From NCBI RefSeq assembly GCF_036971445.1, contig NC_091475.1, positions 94,178,001 to 94,242,000 on the forward strand: DNA of 64,000 nucleotides. The letters are read 5' to 3'. This stretch comes from Narcine bancroftii (Eukaryota). Both the position numbers and the translations under genes were made by a program. The notes under the pieces were generated by a model. The model searched no databases and was not told the origin of the DNA. It was given only the letters and a program-made list of their open reading frames with translations. This document shows, piece after piece, positions 24,150 through 37,621 of this stretch; position 1 is the stretch's first letter, and every line of letters begins with the position of its first letter.

Positions 24150-27100
24150 AATTTTCACAGCTATCCTAAATAATGGAACCAGGCTTGGGTGTGGTTGAGA
24201 AAGGCCATGTGCAGTGCTTGATGCTGTTATTGTGGTCCTGGACTTACCTGTGTCGGGTGTGGTGCCAGTCACTGCTGATGACCTATCAGATGGATGATAG
24301 GCAAACATCACAAATGCTGAGAATATGGTGCAGGCTAGCTGGGCTGGACTCTGCTGAAGTGGATCATTGGAAACAGAGGTTTCTCCAATATTTACCTTGC
24401 CGAGTTCAAGGACACGTGGTGAGTGTCTTTCAAGTGCCCTTTGATGAGTTGGCGGATCATGCTAACATCTTTATGTCCACGACCTCTGCAATGAAGATAG
24501 AAACGTTGGCTATTGCCCCTAGTCAGCAAGAGCAAACAGAGCTGGAATGATTGCTTACTGCACCTTGTGAACCGCCAGGACCTTATCAACTCAGGATAAC
24601 TGAATTGGAGCAGCAAATGGCTACACAGGTCCAGGCTTTGAGCACCCAATGGAATGCCTCCTGTCAGCCTTGTTGGTATCATGCTCTTCTTGGACATAGT
24701 AAAAGTGATGGGCGGTGTATTTTTTGGAAACACCAAAAATTTGGTGCTACCACCTGGTCCTGTCAGCCACCTTGCGACTTCTGCAAATGGCAGCCAGGAA
24801 ACAATCTGGCCTGGCAGAAGTGGCAATTGTGCCCATGGGCACATCAGGCATTGTCTCTTCCTCAAAGACTCTCTCGGCAGCTCAATTTCTTGCTGATTCT
24901 GATGCAGAAATTTCTATGGTCCCTCCAACCCCTGAGGAATGCAGACACCCCAATATGTTGTGTGTTCTTTCAGCCGTGAATAATTATCATATTCAAACCG
25001 ATGGCTAGGGGTCACTCGCGCTGGATTTTGGTCTCAACAAACATTTTGGGTGGGTTTTCATGGGTGAAAATATGGTGAATTCCATCTTGGGAGTGGATTT
25101 CCTGTCACATTTTTCGATGCTGGTGGATTTTTTAAAAAATTGATGTGTTGTGGACCGCAGCTCTTGTATGCAAGTGAGCGGCATTTGTCATCCTTCCAGT
25201 GTTTTCACCCACCTGATGAGGCTCCAACCTGGCTCCTGCCCTTTCCAAGCATTGGCCAAACATTCCCCTCACCTAGTAACCCCATTGTATTGTCATACAG
25301 ACTAAAACATGCAGTAACCCACCACATAGAGACTCTGGGCCCTCCGGTTGCAATGCAGAGGCATAGATTAGCATCACCTAAACCACCTTAAAAAAACATG
25401 AAAAAAGAATTCAACTTCATGCAAAAGCTGGGCATAGTCCACAGATCTGACAGCTGTTGGGGTGTCACCATTGAATGTGATTTCCAAAATGTCTCCTGGG
25501 AATTGGAGGCCTTGTGGTGATTATTATGCCCTGAATAATTCCACTGTGCCTGACTGATTCCCAATTTTCAAGACTTCTCAGTGAACTTCCATGGAAAATG
25601 TATGTTTGCAAAATTAGATCTTGAATGTACATACTATCAGATTCCAGTAGAGCTTTCCAATGCTGCCAAGACAGCAGAAATTACCCCTTTTGGCACATAT
25701 GAGTTTCTGTGAATGCCATTCTATCATCAGAATGTAGCTCAGACCTTCTAGCGATTTATGGACTGTCCACTCTCCGGCCTCAATTTTGTCTGTATTGACT
25801 ATATTCTTGTAGTGAGCATGGATGAAGAGGAGCACAAGAACTGTTCCAGAAACGTGATGAATTTGGCATTGTGATCAGTCCCAGTAAATGCATATTTGGT
25901 GCTGCTGATCTTATATTTTTAGGACATAGCATGGTATCTTGCCCGATGAAATGAAAGTGCAAGAAATTTGAGATTTTCCTACAGCTGTTATGTTTGGCCA
26001 GTTGTGACATATTTTTGGGATGCTGAATGTCTACTGTCATTTCCTTCTGAATGCCACAGCATCTCTATTACCCCTTGCCGAACAACGAAATGGATTTGAC
26101 AAGTCCACTTCAAAAAGACCATCGACTTTGGGAGTCTGTTATTCGTGCTTTCAACTATGTGAAGACTGCACTTGCGAATGCAATAATGCTTGTGCGCCAA
26201 AAGCTCAATGCCTCGTTCTCTCTTTACCATGGATGCCTCTGACACTGCCATGGGAGCAGTGTTAGAACAATAAGTCCATGGGCAACTGAATCTCTGGTGT
26301 CTTTTTCTGCAAAAGCTGTTACTGGTTCAGGCAAAGTACAATAAGCTTGATCAGCAACTCCCAGCCATCTATCTCACATTGAAGCTTTTCCGGTTTTTGT
26401 TGGAAGGTCGCCATTTCACCATTTATACAGACCACCAGCCTCTTATTCATACTGTGAGTACAAGCACCAAACTCTACTCGCCACAAGAAATTTGCCACTT
26501 GGATTTCATCTTACAAATTTTCCTCAGACATACAGCACATCCGAAGGAAGGCAAAAGCCATGGCCAATGCCCTGACCAGATGTGATACTAAGGCCTTGTA
26601 TGTGACAACTACCATTGATTTCACTCCCCATGGCTCGTGACAACACATTGCTCTCTATTTCATCCAGTATTGCTGGATCAACACAGGTCTCCATCTACAA
26701 GATTTGAGCTGGATGAATCGGGTGAAGCATTGGTCTGGGATTTTTCCCACAGGAAGACTTGGGCCTTTTTTGCTGGTAGCAATGACGTGGGAGATTTTTG
26801 AGACACTTCATAATCTCTCATCTTGGTGGAAGAGTATTGATCAAACTGATTACAGAATGCTTTACCTGGCCTCATGTTAAATGGGATGTTGGATTGTGGG
26901 TAAGGACCTGATTGCCATAACAATGTTCTAAAGTCTCCAGACACATGAAATCCTGGCTGGATGATTTTGTTGTTCTGGGTTCCCGTTTCTATCACATGCA
27001 CCTGGACTTGGTAGGGCTGCTTCCACCATCCAGAGGATATACTTATTTGCTTATGTGTAGGGACTGGTCTACCAGGTGGCAAAAGGCCATTCCTGTCATT

Positions 27101-28150
27101 GACATCTCTGGGGAGACCATCACTTTGGCTTTTGCGGATAGTTAGGTCCCATCTTTTGGTGTTCCAGGCATTATTACGACATACCAAGGGTCTTGATTTG
27201 AATTGGCATTGCTCCAATCTCTCATTGATCTGGGCACTACTCATATTCACACTATGGCTTACCATCGACAAGCCAATGGCTTAATTTAGCATCTTAATTG
27301 CCAATTGAAAGCAGTGTTGACAGTCAGTGATGGTGCATCTATGTGGACCAAACATTTGCCCATTGTTCACCTTGGTGTGTGTCTTGCTGTAAAGCCAAAT
27401 CTTGGATGTTCAGCGGTAGAAATTGTATATGGCACCAAGTTGACTTTTCCCAGTGGATTTGTGAATCAGAGCCCAGGGACAGTGTTATATCATCTGGTAT
27501 GTCAATTACCTTCGGGAAAACATGAGATTGCTCAGACCTACATCTACATGGCTGGTACCACCTACAGTATATGTACTGGATGATTTACAATTGAGAATGC
27601 ATGTGTTCATTCTACATGATGCTGTTCATAAACTACTTCAGCCTTTTTACTGTGGGCCTTTTGACGTCTTAGAATGTCACCCAAAGACTTATGTGATTCA
27701 CAGAAATGGGAACACTGACACAGTCTTCATCGACAGATTGAAGCCATTTTATATTGACAGTCCATGTTCTGCATTGGTGCCAGATTTGGAGGAACAGTCA
27801 TCACCCCCCCACCCCCACCCCTCCCAAGCACGTTGGAGCATACATCATCTGCCTTGCAGTATAGTATGAGGTGAGGCCAGATTATCAGCCCCCTAGGCTG
27901 TTGCATAGCAGAACAGATGTGATCAGTCATTGGAGGATGAGGGGGTGGGATGTCATGGTCACGCACTTACCTGTGACAGGAGTGGTGCTGGTCGCTGCTG
28001 ATTTCACATCCGAGGAAATGAGTGGGAGTAATAGCACGCATGCGCAGGTTAGTTCAGAAGGCTGCTTATGTGGTTCTGGATCTCAGACCCAGGAGGAGGC
28101 AATGGCAGATTAACTACCAACTGGGCCCTAGTTTAGTAAGGCCTCTCCAG
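24150..28150 (+). mobile_element. Decayed Gypsy LTR retrotransposon, CsRn1-like (gag-PR-RT-RH-IN, PPT, partial 3' LTR)
   Basis: CHCC-type Gag knuckle (..WKHQKFGATTWSCQPPC), FLADSDAEISMVP (PR), WRPCGDY (RT), FTIYTDHQPL (RH), HMHLDLVGLLP (IN), GPF motif. PPT at 27939-27950 followed by TGTCA. Confidence 0.85.
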
Positions 28151-28211
28151 CCCATCCTGACCTTGCCTTGCTGCCCCTCAGCCCCACCTTTCCTCCAATT
28201 ATGTGACTGTG

Positions 28212-28360
28212 GTAAAACACAGAAATGCTCGAGGAATTCAGCTGGTCTCGTAGTGTCCTCAGGAGATAAATATACCTGGAAGAAGGGCTCCAGGCTGAAA
28301 CGTCAGTAATACATCTTTACCTCCTACAGATGCTGTGAGACCAGCTGAGTTCCTTTAGCT
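28212..28360 (+). mobile_element. Penelope-type palindromic end repeat with hammerhead-like core
   Basis: Inverted arms aggaattcagctggtctc / gagaccagctgagttcct flank ctggaagaagggctccaggctgaaacgtc. Confidence 0.65.
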
Positions 28361-28674
28361 GCATGATTTTATAACTCAATTTACAAACGTGAATTTGGCT
28401 TCTCCCTTTTGCTTTGCTGAGATTTCATCCAAAACAATTTAAACATTACTCATTTTCTACAACTGTCATACGAATAATAACAAACCAAATATCCCTGCAG
28501 TGAAGGAATGAATTAGGCTTTCATTTATTAATAAAACTAGATTATGCAAAATCACACTACAATGATAATTTAAAAACAGATATATTAAAGTTCAAACAAT
28601 CGCTATCAACTTTGGTTATATTATTTGAAGAGAAATCACTGGCCCTGCCAATTTCATTGAAATGTTAAAGCAGT

Positions 28675-28840
28675 GGGCCTGTCCCTATCCCGTTGGGCAG
28701 GGTGAGATTGCTGTTTCCCCAGCTCCGTCCTGTTGGGCCAGAGATTTGTTGCATCCCCAGGACCCCATCCCATTGGGCAGGGAGAGGACCCCGTCCCCCA
28801 GCCCTGTCCCGCCAGGCAGGGAGAGATTGTGGTGCTGCTC
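28675..28840. repeat. Imperfect ~40-bp GC-rich minisatellite (4 units)
   Basis: tcccgttgggcagggtgag / tcctgttgggccagag / tcccattgggcagggagag / tcccgccaggcagggagag at ~40-bp spacing. Confidence 0.65.
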
Positions 28841-30084
28841 AAGCCGGGTAGGTGACCACAGAAACCAGTGTGGCTCTGTGTGCAGATGTGGGGAGGAAGA
28901 GCTGCAGTGTCCCACTGGGTTCCTGCAGCGCTGTGGCTGTTCCTCCAGCGCTCCTGTAAATATGTGCGCTCTTCTCTATGCTGCATCAATGTAGTTAATT
29001 TCTGCTACTTTATAAATAGTTTAGACTCGATGATTTCATTAGCACAATAGAAAAGAATTTCACGGCTGAATCACTCACCTGGAACTTTTCATCTGCTTGG
29101 AGGCTACCTGCAATTTTTAATGAAATCAAACAAACACAAAGGATGAAGGAGAGTAATGAAACTCATTGTTTTTGTTAAATTTGACCATAATGGATTGACT
29201 CCCCTTATCTTCCAGGCCCCCAGGATTCAGCCTACTCAGCCTAATGGTTAATCCGCCACTGGGAAGAGAAGATTGAGAGTGTCAAGATCACCCATGTGGC
29301 AGAGAGCCAATAAAAATGCCATTGGGGTTTGGCTGGGTCATGGTTGGCTGGAAGAAGAATTCAATGTTGGTTCTGAGTGGAATAAAGGAGATCAACTCAA
29401 TTTTGTGCTTAAAATAAATGAGTGAGTGTATTTAAATTTTGTGTAAACTGTGTAAATTACTACAGCTACACTGTTCATACACCTTCTCTATGGATGTACC
29501 TCTCTGCCACCCTGTTTTTGGTTCATTACTTCCCAAACATTCTGAGTTAGATTTTAGTTCTAGAAAGATATTGTGGAGGATAGATAGAACCTCCTGACCA
29601 GAGCAATTTTTCCACCTTCTGCTTCCAATCGACTTTTTCTTTGACTCCCTGATTGCCAATTCCTGAAAACTCATTGAACCCTCAATTTTTCACATCACTT
29701 GATCTATGCAATGTTCAATATTTGGCATTTTCTTTGTTGACAATCTTCCTGACTTCAACAAAGTAAGAAAAGGGCCTCCCCTGCTTTTCAATGTTGAACA
29801 TACAGCAAGTAATCGGCTTCACAGAAGAAGCATCAGTCGCACATTACACAATTTATGAACACTCCCAACAGCTGTGTCTGAGTGCTCATTACATGTCAGG
29901 AAACCTGTCATTATTTGCTACACATAATATAGGGACAAAGCACATTTAACAGACAACTTTATTCTTCAACAGACAAAGCAATTAAAAAATTGTACCAAGT
30001 AGATGAATTTCTGGCATTATTTCCACGAATGATTTGCACTGCCAAAGTTATTGAAAGTAAAAATTACTGTAACTTAAAGAAATT

Positions 30085-30365
30085 ACACAAGAACACACGT
30101 GAACATAATGGGGGGTGGGGAAAGGAGCTTTAGGGGAGGTAAACAGGGGTAAGTTTTTTTACACAGAGTTGTAGGTGCCTGGAATACATTGCCAGGAGTC
30201 CTGGTGGAGCTTGGAATGATAAGGGCATTTAAAAGCCTTTTAGACAGGCATATGGGTGGGGAAAAAAAAGGTTGAGGTAGGGAGGATATAGTTTTTATGT
30301 ATATATAGGTCAACAGAACATTATGGGCTGAAGGGCCTGCACTATGCTGTAATGTTCCATTATGA
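30085..30365 (+). mobile_element. CR1 3' fragment
   Basis: ttttacacagagttgtaggtgcctggaat..tatgggctgaagggcctgcactatgctgtaatgttc. Confidence 0.8.
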
Positions 30366-30949
30366 ATTCTGGTGCATGTAGTGTACTTGAAGACAATTAC
30401 TGCATGTCTCATAGCTCATTGGTGCAGAAAATCAATGTAGGAGCTACTACCCTGGATTTGATTCCTAATTATTTTGTCCTCAGATTTCACTCTGCTACAA
30501 TTGTGTGGCATTATATTAAAATAGCCAGGGTAATTTCAAGACAATGCCACATAATGCTGCCTAAATAAATAAAATGGAACTTTATTTCGTTCATTTGGTT
30601 CACATGTTATGTCTCTTGCCTTACTTGGGAGGCTTTTTTAATAACAAAAGAGACTTTTCTTATTGAGGCTGTCCACCATCTCAGGAAACTGTTCACACAC
30701 TCACATTTACATGTACATACGGCCCACAGTGTTGCACTACAGTTATTACAATGAGTAATGTGTATTCTTACGTGGTTACAAAATAGTTCACATTATCCTG
30801 ACTACATAACATCACTGTCATTGGAGCTTTAATTTATCATGAAATCTTTCTGCTTATTAGTCAAGGGCAATCTGCTCAGTCTGTTAATAGGTATAATTTG
30901 TAGTTTTGGTTCAGTGGAGAAGGCATTAGAAAGATAATACTATTGAAAA

Positions 30950-31090
30950 TAAAGAAAATCTGTAGATAGTGGAATTCAAAAATAAAACTGCAAATGCTGA
31001 AAAAAATTTAGCAGGTTACATTGCAGCTGTGAAAAGGGAGTCTGTTAATGTTTCAGGTTGAAGACCTTTCATTGTAACTGAGGAAGAACA
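30950..31090 (-). mobile_element. Penelope-type end fragment
   Basis: ctgtagat..aaatgctgaaaaaatttagcagg..gttaatgtttcaggttgaagacctttcatt. The minus strand gives ATGA-AAGGT..ACCT-GAAAC. Confidence 0.55.
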
Positions 31091-31618
31091 AACATGTTGT
31101 TCTAAGTAGTAGTTGAAGAGGGCAATGGGGACAGAATAAAAAGAATATTTGGTAAAGGCTGAAATGATGGAGCAATTGCATAGGCAGTTAAACTTTTTCT
31201 GTGAGAGCAGAGTTGCAGAAAATAGTTGAGACAAAGATTCTGTGCACTTTAGTGGAGAAAAATCATAACTGAAGAAGGAAGACACTTTAGACGTTATAAT
31301 TTCAGTGGTATTTGAGAATGACAGACATAACACATCCATAGTGCATGTGAACATATTTGGACCAATGTAAAGTGACTCATCAGATGAAGCTGAGACAAAA
31401 GACCCACCAGTTCAGTCCTGACAGGATTCCAAGTGTCACTAATGCAAGGTCAAGGAGTAAAAGATGAGAAACCAGAGGTGCCAACTCTGTAAGCAGCAAA
31501 TGAATTATGAACAGCTCATTCACCTAAAGCCAGTCATTGGATGATTTAGACGTAGTAATTATATGAATTGTCTTATTCAACTTCCTTGCATGCTTGCATC
31601 AATTGAATAAAGGCTTGT

Positions 31619-32101
31619 TCCATCTACATCTACAGTTCCAGTCTCTAAGAGCATCAATCCAAAGTTCACTAACATGCAAATAGTTTTAGTACACATACAT
31701 ACATAGGTGGATCTGTTTATGTAAATTAATTTCATATGTTAAATACAGTAAAATCCCTATTGAATTGTTAAATACAGTAAAATCCCTGTTGAATTCCAGA
31801 TAACAGGGATTTTACTGTATTTAACATATGAAATTAAGTTACATAAAATTAATTGTGTACTAAAATGTGTACTAAAACTATCTGCATGTTAGTGAACTTT
31901 GGATTGATGCTCTTAGAGACTGGAACTGTGGGTGTAGATGGAGATTGTGTGTTGCATGAATGGAGAACTAACAGGGCACGCCAATTTTAAATGCGTATTT
32001 TTTACCCAGCAAAAAAAAATTGCAGAAAATAAATGGGTAAAAAATACGCATTTAAAATTGGTGTGCCCTGTTAGTTCTCCATTCATGCAACACACAATCT
32101 C
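31619..32101. repeat. Two adjacent long inverted repeats (31619-31942 and 31941-32101) overlapping a Tc1/mariner-type MITE
   Basis: The second IR has 68-bp arms (31941-32008 / 32034-32101) with one mismatch and a 25-bp spacer. The first IR is ~320 bp with small internal duplications. TA-CAGTAAAATCCCTG terminus. Confidence 0.9.
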
Positions 32102-32287
32102 AAGCAACCATAAAATCTGTTTATCCGGCAAGAGCCAATACTCATAGGTGCCAGATACGAGGGGTAAATATGAAAACTATTGAAAATATGTATGGTTGTC
32201 TTGAATTTCTGCTCAGTTGCAGCTCTTTTTAAATGACTGAGTGATTAATAGATGGCTTTGATGCTTTTCAAAGGGATTTCCATTAAT

Positions 32288-32510
32288 AGTGGCACAGTTT
32301 AGCACAGTACTATTACAACTCCAGCAACCTGGGTTTGAATCTGATGCCTTCTGTAAGGAGTTTGTACATACACCCTGTGACCTGCATGGGTTTTCTGCAA
32401 GTGCTCCAATTTCCTCCCACCCTCCTAAAATGCAGGTTAATTAGTGTATTGGGGTGATGTGGGCTGGTAGGGCAGTTACCCTGCTGTAAGTCTAATACTT
32501 TTAAAAGAAA
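32288..32510 (+). mobile_element. V-SINE
   Basis: gggtttgaatc B-box remnant, ctgtaaggagtttgtac, gtgctccaatttcctcccac. Confidence 0.8.
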
Positions 32511-33743
32511 TCAATTAAAAGGAAGTCACTCAATGGATGCTGGATTGACTTTGGATTGACATATTTCTTAAATATCCTTTTTTTTTGGATAACCTCGTTT
32601 CAGTTCTGTCAAACTACATCTTCATAAGTATACTGTAGAAAACATTTTGAAGCAAAATTATTATTTTAAATTGCACTTTGAACTGATTGCTTTGTTTCAT
32701 GACAGAGTTCACAGCCTGGTGATTCAAAATTGAATTTAAACTCGAGCTCCAGGAAGAGAACTTTTCAAAATAGATTCAATTTTTGACCAATTGCCAATTA
32801 TGTAAGAAACAAAATTAATACTCCACTGTTTATAAATAATTTACTCAGATTTATGTGCAGTTGCATTTGATGCTGAATTCTATAGTAACAGCATAAGGTT
32901 GTATTTAAAATATTTCTATTCTAATTCAAGTGGTTATTACATTGAAATTAACTTCCCATAAAGAATGAAATATAATCTAGCAGTTTGCTTTAAAAGCCTA
33001 CCATTTTAGATAAGAATTCTATTAACCCTTTCTTTTCTGTAATTCTTTGTAATATTTGGTCATATGAAGTAAATGAACAAAAAAAAACCAACATCGTATC
33101 CATTTAAGCCACGAATTGACTCATCTGTGTGTGTTCTAACATCTTCTGTTTTGATTCAATTGTGTAACTCTTTGGAGTGTTTGAAATGTTTGGGAAACTT
33201 AGAGAAAACTTCACACGATTTCTTGGATAGAATTGTTTTGTAAACTTGCAAATATATTGTATTATCAGTTGCATAAGAATTTCAGGCCCTTTATGCAAAG
33301 ATAAAATTTAACTGATATATGGTTAAAATGAGGACAAGACTATTTATTTGGTGTGATTGAAAGGAAAATTACAGCATTAACTTGCTGAACCCATTGAATG
33401 CAAAATGCTGCTACGAGAATTTTTTCTCATTCTACAGTAGTTTTTCAGAAGTCCGTAAGTCGAGTGAGTGTGGTAACAACTCTTTGTGAGTTCCTTGAAC
33501 CACCAGGGAACTATTGGGTGCAAATTGCAAACTGTTTCCTTTTGTCATCTAACAGACTAATAGAATTCAAATCTAACAAAATTATAGAACTGGGACCACC
33601 GGCATATCCATTATATCTGGAGGGTAAATGCTAACACTCCAAGAAGCACCCTATCATTTTCCTTGCTGAATTAAATTTCACTTAAGGGCTCAGACAGAAG
33701 ATTTGAACTCTTGTTAGCTAATTACTGTCATGTAATAGCATTC

Positions 33744-34740
33744 TGTAGCGTCTGCTGCGGTAGAGCTAAGGAATAAAGAGATGACCACCCCATGTGAGGG
33801 TGAACCAGTAAACTGATTTTGTTTGAATTCTCTGCGTTAAGTGAAGGGGACACCCACTTCCGGTGACGTGTGCACCAGCTTCTGGAAGTGACATCAGTGC
33901 ATCATGGCGTCACTCCTTGGTCGGCAGTGTGCCACCCAGAAGCGGGGACTTCGTTTAGTCCACATGTGGCGTCAACCGTGGGCTTCTCGGTAGTGATGGG
34001 GGCCCGCGCCATCTTGGGTCAGCTGATTGATGCGGTGATTCGGCCAGTCTAACCGTGCGGTCACTCGGCCGGCTATACCACTACCCCCCTGCCCAAAGAA
34101 TCACCACTGCCCTCTGAACAGGTTACTTACAGCTTCTGCACCTGACCTGGGGGGGGTCTGGGGCCAGCAGGTCTGAGTCCAGGTGTGCCACCTTGAGGCG
34201 GTCGATTGTGAATCTATCCTGTTGGCCGCCAATGTCCAGTGTAAACACGACACAGTCTCTCTGTACCACCTTGAATGGGCCTAGGGGTGTTCCTTGTTGT
34301 CCTCTCCGCACAAAGGCCTAGTGGGTGGATTGAAGGTCTACGGGGACGTGACTGGCAGTGAGCTGTGTCGAGACAGTGGCGGGGGGGCATTCACCCACTT
34401 GAACCCTCAACCTCTGGAGGTCAAACAGGGGCTGCAAGAGGGTGGTCGCTTCCGGCAGAAAGCGATGGTAGAAGTTAACCATCCCCAGGAACTCCTGAAG
34501 GCCTTTGGTCGTGCTCGGCTTGGGGAAGTTTTGAATGGCCTCTACCTTGTCTGGTAGTGGCATGGCTCCCTTTGGGGTGATGCAGTGTCTCTAAGCCAGA
34601 CTGGCACATCACCGTGAGCCTTAACTGTTGCAGTCTGTCGAACAGGAGGGTCAGATGCGTCCTGTGAGTGCTGGCGTTGGGGCTGGTGATGAGGATGTTG
34701 CCTAAGTAGACAAAGATGAAATTGAGGTCCCTTCTGACAA
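33744..34740 (-). mobile_element. CsRn1-like Gypsy remnant: 3' LTR (33744-~34077), PPT, IN C-terminus fused to an RT piece
   Basis: GPFKVV..IDRLKVAH (IN tail); FIFVYLGNILI and LQEFLGMVNFYHRFLP (RT); purine tract at 34081-34090 on the minus strand next to the LTR. Confidence 0.85.
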
Positions 34741-35607
34741 CTGAAACACAATTGATTCCCGCACCCTTCATGCATTTATGGCATAATTTCCATTGCTAAT
34801 GTAAACAATGCTGATATCTAGTTGAAATTAATTGTTGGTCTTGGAAACAAAGTTTTACAAAGGTCAATTCAAATTGGAACACATATTATTTTCAAACCTC
34901 TCAATAATTGTTCCTTTCAACTTGTGTATATCTCTATCCTTGGAAAGGATTAAGCATTTACTTTCAAGTCACAGTCGGGAGATCAATGAGCAGCATGTGT
35001 TTTTTTTAAGTTCTAATTCAGCTACCAGGAATGTAAAATTACTGGTAATACCTTCTCATTGTGATAATGTTTGAATTCAAGTCAAAATTTTAATTACTTA
35101 ACTGATAGGTTCTCCTATCTAAAGTAATATCATTGGATATGTTGGATGATTCAGTGATATTGCAGTTTTTGAAGAGATGATTGCTTGCATATGAAATGAT
35201 GTTAGTAGACCTGATTTGCATAACCTACAGCAATAACCTTTATTAACTCTGACCAGAGAAATATTGAGGAACCTGACTACTCTGTTCATTCATCTTGAAC
35301 TCTCAAGATTTCCCAATGAGAAAAGGAACTATATAATAGTAAGCTTCCTCAGTTTTGTGGAAATAACTAATTTCTATTTTTTGTTGCAGTGTTTGATAGC
35401 CATTGCACTATTACAATTCAAAAGCACACATTTTGACCCCGACCATTTTTTGTCAACTCAGAGAATTTGTTCCAAATGAACAAAAGCAGACACTTTTGAT
35501 TTATGATGCATTTAAATGTTTGGGCAGCTAATGGAGTAAACTAGCTTTTTTTTAATGTAAGTAGGGAAGATTCTAACAATTAATATTGTTTGTCCCAAAT
35601 GTCCATG

Positions 35608-37110
35608 TGTAGTGGCTCACCAGAGAATTAATCAAAGCAGCCCAGGAGGTTTTGAGTGACATCATGATGTCACAATGTGATGACATCATTTGGAACATGC
35701 AGCGCTTTAAAAAGCTGCGTGTGACTGAGTAAATGACAGATTGCAGCACCAAACCCAAACTTTTGAGCCTGTTCATCTGTTGCTTTCAAAACAATAATCC
35801 ATTTACACCTGCTTTTGAAATTCTTTCGCAAAGCAGTGTCCTTGTTTTATTGTCTTTGCAAAGGCTCTGGGCCAGAGCGTCTGGCTTGAGCAAAGCGCTA
35901 GCATTTTAAATGAGATCTGTTTTGTGAAGTGTTTGTTTGTGACCTTCACTGCCTCCACAATTTATCTCCTTCAAAAACATATCTATGTGCAATAGAAAAT
36001 ATGATATAATCCATCACACACATGACGGTGCTTCAGCCTTTCCAGCTACTGCATTGCAGATTCAACCACATGCATGTCGACATTGTCGGCCTGTTTCTGG
36101 TGTCTCAAGGGTCTGGATACTTGTTAACGGTCATTGACAGATTCTTTAGGTGGCCAGAGGTGGTTCCTATGATTGGCTCATTGACTGATTTATGCGCCGG
36201 AGCTTTTATTTCTGCCTGGGTATCTCGGTTCAGCCTACCCAGACACGTCACCTCTGACAGAGGCCCACAGTTTACCTCCACACTCTGGTATGTTTCATCA
36301 CCGCTGCTGGGAATTCAGCTCCACCACATGACAGCCTATCACCCACAGTCGAATGGCCTGGTGGAGTGGTTCCATAGGCACATGAAGGCTGCACTAATGG
36401 CCCACCTTCAGGGACCTGATTAGTCAGACAAGCTGCCCTGGATCCACCTAGGAATAAGAACGGCACCCATGGACGATCTCAACTCCTCGTAAGCCATGTT
36501 GATTTATGGAGCACCACTCATTGTACCTGGGGAGTTCGTGCCCGCAGCACACAAACAGGAGGTGCGGCCGACTGAAGACTTAAGCAGACTGCAGGAGCGG
36601 CTTGGAAAAATGGCCCCAGTTCCCACATCATGGCACAGAACAATGAAGCCCTTCATCCCAAAGGAACTCCAGGACTGTGAATTTGTGTTTGTGTGTAGAG
36701 GTACACACCGGCCACCCTTACAGAGGCTGATGTGCACCTTCAGAATCATATGATACAATCATACAACTTGTATATTGGACATTGGGGGGCATCCAGACAT
36801 TTATGATTGACCGACTAAAGCCTGCTCATCTTGACCTTGATTGCCCCTTGCCATGACCCCCTACATGAAGGCGCGGACGACCGCCAAAGAGCAGTGGACA
36901 GTAATGGCACGAGAGGTTTATCCTCCCATCACCTGAGGCTTAATTGAACCAGCTCGGGAGGTTCCGAGTGACGTCATGACATCACAATGCGATGATGTCA
37001 TTTGGAATGTGTGGGTTTTAAAAAAGCTGTGCGTGTCTGTTTGAGTAAAGGACTTTTTACTGAACTTCGACTCAACTACGTCTGATCATTTTCTCGTTCT
37101 TCATTTTGCA
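35608..37110 (+). mobile_element. Internally deleted CsRn1-like Gypsy: two LTR remnants flanking integrase only
   Basis: Direct repeats 35625-35735 / 36938-37050 (gagtgac.tcatga..tcacaatg.gatga..tcatttggaa). IN motifs HMHVDIVG, DRFFRWPE, TSDRGPQF, AYHPQSNGLVE. Confidence 0.85.
35776..36018 (-). mobile_element. 5' part of the long LTR family, nested in the Gypsy remnant
   Basis: The minus strand starts TGTGATGGATTATA. aaacacttc..aaaacagatctcatttaaaatgc matches 51721-51752. Confidence 0.75.
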
Positions 37111-37621
37111 CTGAGACAATTTTTCTCCTTCTCTGCCTCTCATATTTCAATTTCATGAGAAATGGACTTATTCTTGATTCAATATCCTGATGCATTGACC
37201 TGAAACTTCAGTTCTGCAGATACTGGCTGACCATTATTTTTGTCATAATTAATGTTTCTGGCTCTCACTATTCCAACGGTGTTAGACTTTTCCATTTTTG
37301 ATTGTTCTGGTGAGGTTGTTATTTTGTGGAATTTCCCAAAATCGGATATTTTTAGTTAAAAAATATAATTGAACAAATAGTTTTCAGGCTCGATATTGTA
37401 CAACTAAATGAAAATGTGTTCTCCTAAAAATCAACTCTGGAATCTCCTCTTGTGAATCTAATCAGGGACTGCTCCAACACCACAAAAGGACTGTCTGCAC
37501 GACTACAAAGTCTCTTTTGTTGCTCGAGGATACATGAACATTTATTATCCATCTTTTTTCTATCTATTGTCTCCTTTAATTCCATTAGGCATAGTATTGT
37601 TGCTTTATTTACAAAGTACCT

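Noticed and set aside
28675-28840. Regularly spaced repeats as a CRISPR-like array
   Set aside because: Eukaryotic context, degenerate tandem units, no unique spacers and no cas genes.
31913-32147. Two overlapping opposite-strand ORFs with nearly identical peptides
   Set aside because: An artefact of the inverted repeat, not genes.
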